Origin: Lama guanicoe
Taxonomy: Eukaryota
DNA length: 64,000 bases
Direction: 5' to 3'
NCBI GenBank assembly: GCA_013239625.1
Contig: MU054187.1
Location: 22,509,280 to 22,573,279 of the forward strand
Part shown: positions 28,568-40,203 of the stretch, in pieces
Position numbering within the stretch: position 1 is the stretch's first letter
Layout of the letters: every line of letters begins with the position of its first letter
Notes under the pieces: model-generated
Database searches by the model: none
Seen by the model: only the letters and a program-made list of their open reading frames with translations
Told to the model about the DNA's origin: nothing
Translations under genes and position numbers: made by a program

Positions 28568-28685
28568 CTTTGGCTGTGGCGTGAACCACAGCAGCTTGGG
28601 AAATGACTTGATAAGTTTCAAAACCCAAATAAGACAAGGCTGAGAATAAAAGACTTCTTTTGAAGGCTCCTGGGTTTCCCATCAC
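28568..28685 (-). CDS. RMDN1: RMDN1 exon 2
   Basis: cag/gtaag; VMGNPGAFKRSLLFSALSYLGFETYQVISQAAVVHATAK+G, 118 nt. Confidence 0.95.
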
Positions 28686-28834
28686 CTGTGGAAAGAATTA
28701 TGGTCGGAGTTATCAAACTTAGAAAATCTGCGGGAGCTGCTATCTCAAGTAAAAATTACATCAATTTTCTCCTACCTCCAAAGCCATCCCCAGTACCTCC
28801 ATTAAAAAAAAATAATAATAATAATAAATAAATA

Positions 28835-29930
28835 TATTAAGAACTCATACAACTCAATAGCAAAAAAAAATCAAAAAACTGGGCAGAGGACCTGAAGACA
28901 TTTTTCCAAAGAAAACATACAGATGGTCAAGAGGTACATGAAAAAGTGCTCAACATCACTAATCACCTGGGAAATGGAAATCAAAATCACAATGAAATCT
29001 CACTTCACACCTGTTAGAGTGGCTGTTATCAAAAAGATAAGATATAACCAGTGTTGGAGAGGTTGTGAGAAAAGGGAACTCTTGTTAATGGAAATGTAAA
29101 CTGGTGCAGCCACTATGGGAAACAGTATGGGGGTTCCTCCAAAAATTAAAAATAGAACTTTACTATGATCCACCAATTCCACTTCTGGGTATTTATCTAA
29201 AGGAAACAAGACCAGTAACTCAGAAAGATATCTGCACCCTTATGTTCACTGCAGCATTATTTACAATAGCCAAGACATGGAAACAATCTAAGTATCCATC
29301 AACCAATAAACAACAACAACAAAAATGTGAATATATATATGTATTTCTATATCTATAGATATGCATATATATACATACACATACACACACAATGGAGTGT
29401 TAGTCAGCCATTGGGAAAAAAAGAAACCTTGCCATTTGTGACAATATGGACCTTGAGGGTATTATGCTAAGGGAAATAAGTGAGACAGAAAAAGACAAAC
29501 ACAGTATAGTCTACCTTATATATGGAATCCTAAAAAAAATAAAAATCCAAAGTCAAAGACAAGAGTTTAGTCGTTGCCAGGGGCAGGGGAGGAGCGGGGG
29601 AAGGAGTGTGGCAAAGAGCTGAGTGAAATGAGTGAAGCTGGTCAAAAAGTACAAACTTGCAGTGGTAAAGAAACACATCTTGGGGATATAACGTACACCA
29701 TGGTGACTGCAAGACTGTATTGTATTTGAAAGATGCTGAGACAGTAAATCTTAAAAGTTCTCACCACCAGAAAAATAATTAATTTGTAACTGTATAGAGA
29801 TGGATGTTAACTAGACTTACTGTGGTGATTATTTCACAATATATACAAATACTGAATCATTGTACACCTGAAACTAGTATGTTAAAGGTCTACATCTCTC
29901 AATTTAAAAATAAAGAAAATAAAATAAAAT
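28835..29930 (+). mobile_element. LINE-1 3' end (ORF2 C-terminus plus 3' UTR, L1MA-like)
   Basis: Encodes QPLWETVWGFLQKLKIELYYDPPIPLLGIYLKE...MFTAALFTIAKTWKQ; A-rich tail. Confidence 0.9.
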
Positions 29931-30452
29931 GCCCCCCAATGATCCCTGCTTTCTGATATTCACTCCCTTTTGTAGTCCCCTTGCCTTAAATGTTGGCTGA
30001 ACTTAACTGCCTCCCTTGTAAGAAACAGAATACGCAGAGGTAAAGGGATGTTACTTCCAAGATGTGATTATAGAAAAATTGTGTGTCTTCCATCTTTGAC
30101 ACTGACTCTCTTGTGTGTTCCTTCCGATTGCAGGTCTGCCTTGGGGGAATCTAGCTGTTGTGTCTTGAGGCAGCTCTGAGGAGAAGCCCTCCTGGTGAGT
30201 AACAAGGCCTGCTCACAGGCACATGAGTGAGCTTGGAAGCAGAACTTACCCTCTACCCCCAAACTCAGGGTTCTCATGAGACCTTAGCAACTAAACAGCT
30301 TGGTTCAACTTTAGGAGAGATCTTCAGCTAGAGGCAACCAGATAAACCTCACCTGGATACCTAATCAACAGAAACCATGATATAATAAAAGGTTGCTGCT
30401 TTAAGACCTTATGTATTGTGACAATGTTACACAATAACAGATAACTAATAAA
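29931..30452 (+). mobile_element. MaLR LTR (MLT1F-like)
   Basis: ccccaatgatccc...acatgagtgagcttggaagcaga...aataacagataactaata. Confidence 0.7.
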
Positions 30453-30635
30453 CTAGCACATGCCTGACTTTTCAGCCTTGCTTTATTTCAGTCTACTCTC
30501 CCACTCCAGGATTCCGTCACACTTTTAGTTCCCCCAAAATGCCACTTTTTCTTACTCAAGGCCTGTATCATGCTACTTTCTTTACTGGCATATTCTTTTG
30601 TCCTCATCTTTCCTTTACCAATTCCTAATCATTCT

Positions 30636-30797
30636 TTTTTTTTTTTGAGGTATAGTCAGTTTACAATGTTGCATCAATTTCTGGTGTACAGCACAATGCT
30701 TCCATCATACATGAATATACATGTATTCATTTTCATATTCTTTTCCACCATAAGCTACTACGAGATATTGAATGTATTTCCCTGTGCTGTACAGTAT
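30636..30797 (-). mobile_element. 5'-truncated LINE-1 3' end
   Basis: Poly(T) then gaggtatagtcagtttacaatgttg...ccctgtgctgtacagta. Confidence 0.75.
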
Positions 30798-31349
30798 GGA
30801 AACGAGGCTAACTAGTTTCGTACTGAGTACTCCTCCCCACCCCTCTGCTTATATCATTTAACATCAACCCATCTGGCTATAAATTCTTCCTAGGAAAGGG
30901 ATCAAGCCTTACTGTCTTTCATCCCTCCCTCTTCTCCCCGCCGCCCCCCATAATTCTGAACATAGCAAGCAGTCAAAAAGTATTTTAGAATTTAAAATAG
31001 TGAAACACCCAGTTCAGATGATATATATGATCACCCTCACCCTTCAATACCCTTTCAGAGGTAAACAAACCAAGGCCCACAAAACAGTCTAATAGAAACA
31101 TCAACGCTGGGATGACCATCCAACATCCTGACAGCCTCCCTTAACATTATGCAGATAAAACATGAAACTCAAAAGTAATTTTTTTAAAACCCAGATAAGT
31201 GCAAAACCAATGTCTCTGAGTCACAGGAATTCAAAGGTACACCACAAACTTTTCAAAGTCTAGTAGACTGATAACCTCAGGTGCTGTTGCGGAATCTGGC
31301 ATAACTGAAAGTGAAAATGACCCCATAGCGGCCTAGGTCTTCTCCCCTC

Positions 31350-32125
31350 CCCCCCGAATTTACACAGGAAAGACGGGCGGGAGACAGGCTCTCGGGGGAG
31401 ATGGGAAGGGAAGGGTCTCTCTCCGCGTCCTCCGACCCCAGTTTTCAGAGAGGGAAGGAGGCTTGCGAAAGAGAGAGGACTTGGCCGCCGGGGTCGCCGG
31501 CAGCGCTCCAGGCGCAACGGGCCTAGTTCCTTCCTCAGGTCACCACATACCCCAAGGTGGTGCGGGGCCACCAAGCCTGAAGAAGCACGGGGCCGCCGGA
31601 GCCCAGCCGGCAGGGGAGGGACGCGGGCGCGAGGACGGCGCGGGTACCTCAGAGCCGCGGAGTCGCCAAGGAACGCACCGCCCGCGGTTGCCGACAGCAC
31701 AGCTGGGGAGCCGAGGTGCCGGGGCGGAGCTACGTCCCAAAGGGAGAAAGCGCCCGAGCCGCACGGCTACAGCCATGACCTACAACTCGCAGGCGTGACC
31801 CTTCACCCGCTTTGGGCTGCTAGGGAGCGGGGCGGAGCAAAAGGCGCCCGACCCCTTCCGAAGAAAGCCGCGTCCACCCGCTTGCTGGCGGGCGCCTCTT
31901 CCGCTCCGCAGCTTCCGGTCCGCGAGTTCTGGGGGCCGGAAATAGCCCGCTCGGGCGGGACTTAGAAGCCTTTCCGCGCCTGCGCAGAGCAGACTGGGGC
32001 AGTAAGCGCGCCGCTGGTCGCTGACTCCCTTCTGCGTCTCCTCGCTGGGGCTGGGGGTTTGTCCTGGTGTGGGCGCGAGGACAGATCACCAGAACAGAAT
32101 GGAAAGCTCGGAAACAGACCCGAGA
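31350..32125 (-). promoter_or_regulatory. RMDN1: RMDN1 CpG-island promoter
   Basis: CpG-rich. GC boxes, ETS/GABP-type cttccgg (31912-31918) and ccggaaat (31936-31943), NRF1-type GCGCCTGCGCA (31976-31986). Confidence 0.85.
31648..31776 (-). CDS. RMDN1: RMDN1 exon 1 coding part (regulator of microtubule dynamics 1, FAM82B)
   Basis: ATG at 31776; MAVAVRLGRFLPLGRSSAPAPRLPSCAVGNRGRCVPWRLRGSE then GAG|gtaccc; Arg-rich, acid-poor leader. Confidence 0.92.
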
Positions 32126-33964
32126 ATTCACATATGCAAGAAAATAATGATTTGTTATTTATAATTCTCTGCTACCTTCAAAGGTAGGGAGAATCCTGAT
32201 ACTGGCAGATCCTTTTTGGAAAAAAAATGCTTGCAAGAATTAAAAACTGTTGCACTTAAAGAAGGGGATGAAGAGATTAAAAGGGTGAGAGGCAGTTTCT
32301 TGGGGAGAAGAGAGAAGCCAGAGATGAACAAAGAATTCAAAGTCCACGCTGGTCTAGTCAGGAACGAGTAGGGAGAGGAGGCCTCTTGACCGTGTGTGCA
32401 ATGGGATGTGTGCTATAAAACCCCTGGCTTCCTCTCCAAATATGTAGTAAGGGCGATACTGCTTGTCACCGAACTGGAACCCTTTTGGAGGGAATGAAGA
32501 GGTTTTGAACCTACTTAAGAGTTGATGTGGATGAAGACACAAGCTGCCAATGGAATACCTACTATACGGACTATATGTAAAATTTTTATGGGCAATAAGG
32601 AAGGTAGACATAGTTTTGAAAACGTAGGTTGCACTTATACTTTTAATACTACGTGGTGAATTAACACACTTTTATTTTATTTGATCTTCTCAGCTACCTT
32701 GTGAAGTAACTGATAATCCCAAGTTAATGAACAGGTGAAATTGTAGCTCAAAGAGATTTATTAACCAAGGGCACAGAGTTAGTAGGTGTTGTTAGAAGAC
32801 TAGAATCCATGTCTCCTAACTCTAGGTCCAGTGCGTCTTCTATATGATTGCTGCTTCCACCACTTCCCATTAAGTCAGCCGCATTTCTTCAGGATTACAT
32901 CAGTAATATCTCAATTTTCTTTGTTTTTAAAGCACATTTAAAAAAAATATATAGAGCCTCTTCCCAACTTTTTCTGAACCCTGGCCTTTTTAACCAGGCT
33001 TTTTGCTTTTCCACTTTTTTTTTTAAAAAGTATCTATATACTTTTAGATATTTCTACTGGAGCTATCTCAATATTGCTAAATATTTATACCACTGGATGC
33101 CATGATAATCCTGAAATTAAGTTTCTGATATTTCAGTCAGACTGAAATTTTAATTAAATTTTTCATCTTGAAAAATTTTTTGATCCTGAGAAAAGTTGCA
33201 GGAAATCCCATATGTTTTTCACCTAGATTCATCCATTATCAACATTTTGTCACATTTGCTTTATCTTTCTTTACATATATTATATGTTATATTTCTATTA
33301 TTATTTTCTGTTGTTGAATCTTTTCAGAGTGGATTACAGATATTATGACTCTTCATGCCTAGAAACGAGGATGTTCCTTATTTAGTCCCAATACAATGAT
33401 CAACTTCAGGAAATTGAAATCGACAGAATATGCTTATTTAGTATACAAATTTTGCTTATTGTCACAGTGCTGTGCTTTATTTCAACTGTTTTTTCTCCAA
33501 CTCGGTTCAAATTCTGATTATATATTGCATTTAGTCATCATGTCTCTTTAGTCTCTTTTAAGTCCATAATACTTGTCTCTCGGCTCCAGGCACAGTACCT
33601 TTTCTTTCCTCCAATGAGCCTCTCAGACGTCCCTACATGGTAGGATTCATTCCTATTTCACCACCTTGGCAGCCTTCCCCTTCCCCTACTCCACTCCACA
33701 ATTCCTTACCTGCTTAATTCCTGTTTATCTTTCAACTCTCAGCCCAAATATCACTTCCTTGGAGAAACTTTTCTTGATTCTCCCAAATACACTTTCAATT
33801 CCTTTATGGCTCTAAATGCATTTTGTAATTTCATGTTTATATTTGTTATTATTTGTCAATCCTAAGTATATTTTGGAGGTAAAGTTGATAAGAATTAGTA
33901 ATGACTGCCTTTGCTATACTGTAAACTGAATAGCATATCTGATTTCTGCCTATAACAGGGCCTG

Positions 33965-35660
33965 ACACAGTTTCTTCATTTATTAAACAAAGATTTATTG
34001 CGTATCTGTAACATGCCTCATGCTCTTCTAGATGTAAATGAGTAATTCTTAGTGGAGTGTATATTCCAGTTGAGGAAAGATAGCAAGCAAGATATATGAT
34101 GTGATAGATGATGATAGATGCTGAAAGGGAGATAAAGCAGGAAGGGGCGTAGAGTGTATTTCTGTGCAGGCATTGCAGTTTTAAATAGGGTGGTGGCCAC
34201 AGAAGAACTCACTGAGGGAGAGTTAGAATAGAATAGAATTAGACCCAAGGAAGAGGAAATGAGCCATGAAGCTACCCAGGAGCCTAGCATCCAGGCGATA
34301 TATAGCATATACATCTGGGGACCTGACATGTAGACAGAACTGAAAGTGCAAAGGCCTGAACTGGGAAGGCAAGTGGCATCTTCCATGAACATAAGTCCAC
34401 TCTATCTGGATGAGCATGGAGGAGATTATTAAGAGATAAAATCAGAGAGGAGATGGAGACCAAGGAATATAGGACCTTATAGGCAATTATAAGGGCTTTG
34501 ATTTTTTTATTTAATTGTGTATTTTTTTGGTATAATTGTGTGTGACATAGTCTAATTTACATTTTAATTAAATCCTTTTGACTCTTGAAAATAGAAAGAG
34601 AGCAAGTAATGAAGGATGATATAATAACCTAGAAAGAAACAGTGGTGACTTGAACTTGGCTGGAAAATATGGGTCATCAGAATCTGGATGTATTTTGAAG
34701 TAGAGCTGCCAGGAGTAGCTGACAGACAGACCAGATGGGATGGGATATGAGAGAGGAAAAATGTCTGCAAGTGTTTTGGCCCAAACAGCTGGAAGGAAGC
34801 TTTGCTATTACTTGAGATAGAGGAGACCATGGGAGATACAGATTTGGGGAGGGAGATCAGGAGGGTGAATTGGTACATTTAGATTTGAAATGCTTATTAG
34901 ACAGACATCTGTGGTGGCTAGTTTTCGAGATGGCTCCCCATGATTCTTAATTCTTGGATTTACTCCTACTGTTAGATACAGGCTGGTCTGTTTGACCAAT
35001 AGAATGCTGCCAAGGTGGTGGTGTATGACTCTTGAAGCTAAATTATAAAACTCATTGAGCTTCTGCCTTGAACTCTTGGATTTTGTGCCCTAGGGGAAGC
35101 CAGCAGCCATGCCATTAGGTTGCTCAAGCAACCCTATTAAAAGGTGCAAATGGAGAGGAACTGAGGTCTCCTACCAACAAAGAGCATCACTGTTGCGTGT
35201 GAGTAAGCCCCCTTGGAAGTGGACCCTCCAGCCTGTAAGATGACCAACCCTCATAATACCTGACTGCAACTCTCATGAGAGGCATTGAGACAGAATCACC
35301 CAACTAAGTCACTCCGAAATTCCTGAAGCTATGTAATAAATGACTACTTAGTTGTAAGCCACTAAATTTGGTATGATGTGTTATGGAGCAGAAGTTAACG
35401 AATACAACATCTGATTATAGAGTAGGGAGTTGGAATCTAGAGTTTCAAGGTTTACAAGTTTAGTAGCCTTCAGAATATAGATGGATTTCAAAGCTGTAAG
35501 ACTAGATGAGGTAACTAATGGTGTGGATGAAGATACAAAAAAGAAAAGTGAAGAACTAAACCCTGGGGGCACTCCAGTATGAGATCTAGGAATATGAGGC
35601 TCAAACAGTTTCAGAGATTAGAAAGAACAGCCAGTGAGGTAGAAGAACAGCAGAGTAGTT
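33965..35660 (-). mobile_element. LINE-2 fragments interrupted by an MLT1F-like LTR (~34910-35405)
   Basis: L2-like purine-rich sequence either side of tgtggtggctag...gatggctcccca...cagaagttaacgaataca. Confidence 0.6.
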
Positions 35661-35696
35661 TATGAATATCTCATTCATTTCAACATCCATTATTCA

Positions 35697-35782
35697 TTTA
35701 TTTATTTATTCTTTTTTTTTAATGGAGGTACATGGGGATCAAACCTAGGACCTCGTGCATGCTAAGCATGCACCTTACCACT
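35697..35782 (-). mobile_element. tRNA-derived SINE (Vic-1-like)
   Basis: Same consensus, with a (ttta)n tail. Confidence 0.85.
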
Positions 35783-36533
35783 TGAGCTATACCCTCCTCC
35801 CTGGTTTATTTGTTTATTCATTTATTTATTTATTCTTTTTTGGATTTTAACATCTATTAAAATCTCCACCAGCCGTTGGGTTCCATACTTATTTTTTCTT
35901 TACTTTTTGAAACTTATTATACCTGATAGATAATCTGCTCTCAATACATGTTGAATACATGGGTGAATAAATAAGAACAACAGTGGAATGGAATTTAGAC
36001 CATGTTTAAGGAGCATTAAGTACCTTGACAAGCTGTGGCACTATATATTTAAATGAGAGGTTGTTTATTGGGTAATAAAAAGACCGTTTCATTGTCTCTA
36101 CTCCTTATGTTATAAAAGGTCACGAAAGTTGGGTATTGATGCTGTGTATTCTGGAACATTTGAAACTTGCAGCTAAATTAGTGATGCCTGAGGACCTTCG
36201 CTTTAATGTAAAAGCAGAATCAAAAACAAAACAATAAGGTTGTTTTTACCAACCTTTAGTAAAGACAAAACAAAACACTTCTCTTTCCTCCCCCACTCTG
36301 CTCTGACCGCAAAAGCCTTATTTCTGTCCCTGCGATTTGCTAGGTCTGTTCTTACCTTTGTCCCTCCTATCATTCCTCTGTCCTCAGATCTTTTGCATGA
36401 CTGGCTCTTTCTTATTTTTCAGGTCTCACATAAAGTATCCCTACCTTAGAGAGACCTTCTCTGTCTGAATGGGTTCCTGTCTTCCCCAAGGCCCTTTCTG
36501 TCCCTTTAGCCTGTATTGCTTTCCTTGTTGAAT

Positions 36534-36928
36534 TGTTGAACAATAATCAATAGCAAGGCTACAGTGAACGAAGAGCTTTATTTGAGGACGTGAAACTTGC
36601 AATTTGGAAGATACAGATTTGAGGAAAACCATAAGAATGTTTCTGGGAAGAGAGAGTCAGAGGCTTAAAAGGTAGAAATCACAAGGTGGTTAAAGTTGTC
36701 TGTCGAGAATTATGGATGACTCTGATGCAGAAAAGGAGATATTTTTCCTTAAGCGCTAGGCTGTCACAAGTTATTTTAGAGCAAGAGTCTGATCAGTATC
36801 TTGAGTTTCTGGAACACTGGGCCGGTGTTAACAGTCCATCTGGTATGAGATGTGTTCCTGGATGGGCTCCTGGCTGCATTTTAGAGAACTCTCTTAGCAA
36901 TACCGACTCCATTTTGATTTTCCTTTCA
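36534..36928 (-). mobile_element. Probable solo ERV LTR
   Basis: On the minus strand begins TGAAAGGAAAATCAAAATGGAGTC and ends TTCAACA; internal AATAAA near the 3' end. Confidence 0.6.
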
Positions 36929-37939
36929 CTGAACTTACGGCTATCTGAATTTTTTTTTAATTGAGGTAAAGTCAGTTTACAATGTTGTATTAATTTCCTG
37001 TGTACGGCATAGTAATTATCTGAAATCATTTAAGTTCATTTTTAATAACTTATTATTTGTTCTCCCTCTGGGATAGAAACTTCTCTCTGTCACTAGTTTA
37101 TCACCAGTCTCTGTATAGAGCAGTGCTTGGCGCATAACAGACCCTCAGGAGGTGTTGAATAAGTACATGAATGAATCCTCACTTATACAATTATTTTAAA
37201 GTGTTTAGTTTGCATTTTTTGATTAAAAGTTTTACTTCGAAAAGTCTATATTTTTCGTTTGTTTCATTTTTCCATTCTGTAATTAAAAAAATATTCTTAG
37301 CCAATTTTCTATTTTTAAAAATCAGATTTTTAAGATATTAACTAACCCTTTATTTGAATGTCAGGTTTGTGGCAAATATTTTTCTCAATGTGTTTGCCTA
37401 TTGATTTTTTTTTCTGTTTTTTCTTGGGCATAAGTTCTAAATTTCAAACAATCAAATGCAGCAATGTTTTTCATAGCAGTTTGTTGAATCACAAGCAGCA
37501 TTGTCTCAGTCATGCGGGGCACTTTGTTTACTTAGAGTCTGTGACTTTGGGCAAGTAGCCAAGTACTTAGCTGTCAAATCAAATTAATCGAATTTTCCTC
37601 TTTTACAAAATGGGGATAATGGCACTAAATACGTCACAAAGTTTTGAGAATGAAATGCAGTTAAGACTATCAAAAGACTCTGGTAGTGTGCACACTGAAA
37701 GCGCTCTAAATAAAAATGGTTAGGAGTTAGCATTTCAGTACTCTCATGCTGATGCTGATTCTTTCACGGTTCAGAGAGCAGCATAAATTTTCTGAAATAT
37801 AAATTATTTTATCCCCAGAAACTTATTTTGGTGCCCCCAAAACAACTTATTCCAATACGTGAAGTCAGTTTGGGGTTTTCGGTAAGCAAGTGAGCTCTGC
37901 TAGGGAGCCTGCACAGGTAAGGAACGGATCAGCGTGGAG

Positions 37940-38900
37940 AGCTCCCAGCAGGCTATGACGGCCCCGCCCCTCCAACCGCAGTCCCGCCCCTCTAATCGCA
38001 GTCCCGCCCCTCCGGCGGATCCGCCCCAGGTTCCTGCGAATCCCCAGCGGCGGACGACTCCGGACTCTGTCTGCCTGGTCTCCACTTCGGCGCGATTTCC
38101 ACCCTAGAGACGGAGATGTGAGTGCGGACCTTTCTCTGCTTCGGGCGTGGTGTGGCCGGGCCCCTGCAACCCACCGATCCCCTGGGGGAGGAGGAGAGTC
38201 AGGGCGCGGAGAACCGGGCCCGCAGGCTCGGCGCGGCGGGGCCCGCCCTGGCCTAGCGCTGGAAGTGCATCCCGGGCTCTGCGCGGCCCGGGGATCGGCC
38301 CCGGCGCGCGGGGCCTCTGGAGCCGCTGCACGCCAGGTCTGCGTTCTAGCGCGGCCCAGGTTGGCTAGAGCCTCCGGGGGGAGCTGGGGAGTTCGGGAAT
38401 CAGCTCCGGGCCTCGAGGCCCCTCCTGGGCCTGGGGCTCGTGCACCTGGGCGGACGGTGCCTGGGGTCCTCCAGCCTCCCCTGGCGAGGGGCCGGGCCTG
38501 CAGCCCGGGGGGATGGTGTCACGCCCCGAAATCGCCTCAGCTCCTAGAGGAGGGAGGGACGGGGTCACGCTCCCCGCTCTGCGTTAAGCGAATGCCCAGA
38601 GGAACGGGGCGCCCTTCAGAGTAGCCGATGGTCCCAGGAGGAGCTGCTAAATGGGGTGGACAAAAGTGATTCTTGACTTTGGTGTAAAGCAGGAGGTTGT
38701 GAGATGGCGTATCCCGCAGCTCCTGTTCGGGCTCCAGCTCCGGAATTCTTCTGTCTAGTGTTTGGGGCTCACTACAGCCAAGGGCGTGGAGGAAGTGCTC
38801 TTTTTGAAGAGCAAGAACCTCCGGGAGACGAGCAAACTTACCCTGGACGCTGCGCTTGGTAAAGATCCTCTGTTTTTGCGCATCCTTGGTGTTACCTTTT
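37940..38900 (+). promoter_or_regulatory. CPNE3: CPNE3 CpG-island promoter
   Basis: CpG-rich; four GC boxes at 37963-38027 upstream of a candidate first exon. Confidence 0.85.
38035..38117 (+). other. CPNE3: CPNE3 candidate non-coding exon 1 (start approximate)
   Basis: Directly downstream of the GC boxes; ends at donor gat|gtgagt (38118). Confidence 0.6.
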
Positions 38901-39229
38901 CGTCGCTGCCTTTATAACTGATAGTCAGGTAGAAGGAAGGTGGGGATTGAGTGCAAGTGAGTATTGCTTACAGCGTCCCACAGACACTGCCAGACAATTT
39001 TTACACGTGTTCGCTCATTTAATGCTCACGAGCACCAACTTTAGTAGTATTTCTGTTCCACTTCATACTCTGGAAATTCAGATTGGGTAATTTACCAAAT
39101 TGCACAATTGGTAAGTGGTAGCATTAGGATTGAAATTCAGGTCTGTGTGATTCAGAACACAAACTTCATGGTTTAATGTAAAGAACATTATTACTCTTTG
39201 GGTGAAGATGGATACCTAGATTTCAGATC

Positions 39230-39420
39230 TATACTTTGAGATTTGTCAGCTGGATGACCTTGGGCAGGAGACGTAACCTTTTAGGGCCTGTTTCTGCATT
39301 TGTCAGATGGAGATAAAATACCTCCTCTGTCATAGGGTTGTTATGAAGGTTAAAGAAGATCATTTTTGGGATACACTTAGCAGAGTGTCTGGCACATGGT
39401 GGTAAGCTATATATAGCTGC
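39230..39420 (+). mobile_element. MIR SINE
   Basis: gatgaccttgggcagg..cctgtttctgcatttgtcagatggagataa..cacttagcagagtgtctggcacatggt. Confidence 0.7.
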
Positions 39421-39674
39421 ATATATCCTTCTGTTGTCATTAACTGGGGACAGCAGACTCCAGCTCTGAGTGCTGCCAGCCAGAGCCAAACACAACTTGT
39501 GTGTGCCTAGAGGCATAGGTGGGGGGGAGGCAGGAAAGGATAAGAAAAGAAAGGAGAACTGAGAGCAGATGATATGGCTGATGGCAATTTTAAGGACACC
39601 AGATGGATTAATCTGTGGTACCCAGGGCCACTTTTTTGCTTTTGTGAGAATGTTTTAAAAGGCAGTTTCTTTTA

Positions 39675-39726
39675 GCTGATGAATTGGAAAAATACATCCC
39701 ACTCTGGGCTGAAGACTTTCCAAGAG
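39675..39726 (+). other. CPNE3: CPNE3 candidate non-coding exon 2
   Basis: tttctttag acceptor and strong GAG|gtgagt donor; acceptor choice uncertain. Confidence 0.45.
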
Positions 39727-40044
39727 GTGAGTGTCTGGGACAGGACCATGCCTGCCGAGGCTTTCTCCCCGTGACAGTGCTTGGCCCAACCCCACAGGGA
39801 AGCGCGGGTGGTTCTCTTTTAGGATTTCTTCTCTCAGATGGAGGCCCTGAAGAAAGGAGAAGGACAGGAGATTCCAGCAGGAGGGCAACAAAAGATTGCT
39901 TTGTTTTGCCTTTTGAGAATTGCTTAATGACTGGACACCTCTCCCAATTTTATCTATAGCTGTGAACACTTTAAATACAATGATCACCATTTCCACATAC
40001 ATTTAAAGCAACCTAAGTATTACAGCTTTTTATGTAGTCTTTAA

Positions 40045-40203
40045 AAATTTTTTTTTGGTTTTTTTTGGGGGGGAAAGGGGGATTAGGTTGGTTTGTTTGT
40101 TTGCTTGTTTGTTTATTCATCTTTAAATGGAAGCACTGAGGATTGAACCCAGGACCTCATGCATGCTAAACACGCGCTCTTCTTCTGAGCTATCCCCTCC
40201 CCC
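40045..40203 (-). mobile_element. tRNA-derived SINE (Vic-1-like)
   Basis: Same consensus with extended tail. Confidence 0.85.

Noticed and set aside
31260..32131. Extra ORFs around RMDN1 exon 1
   Set aside because: GC-rich alternative frames; only 31776-31648 joins the spliced RMDN1 frame
38104..38624. 168-aa and overlapping ORFs at the CPNE3 promoter
   Set aside because: CpG-island artefacts that run through the exon 1 donor into intron
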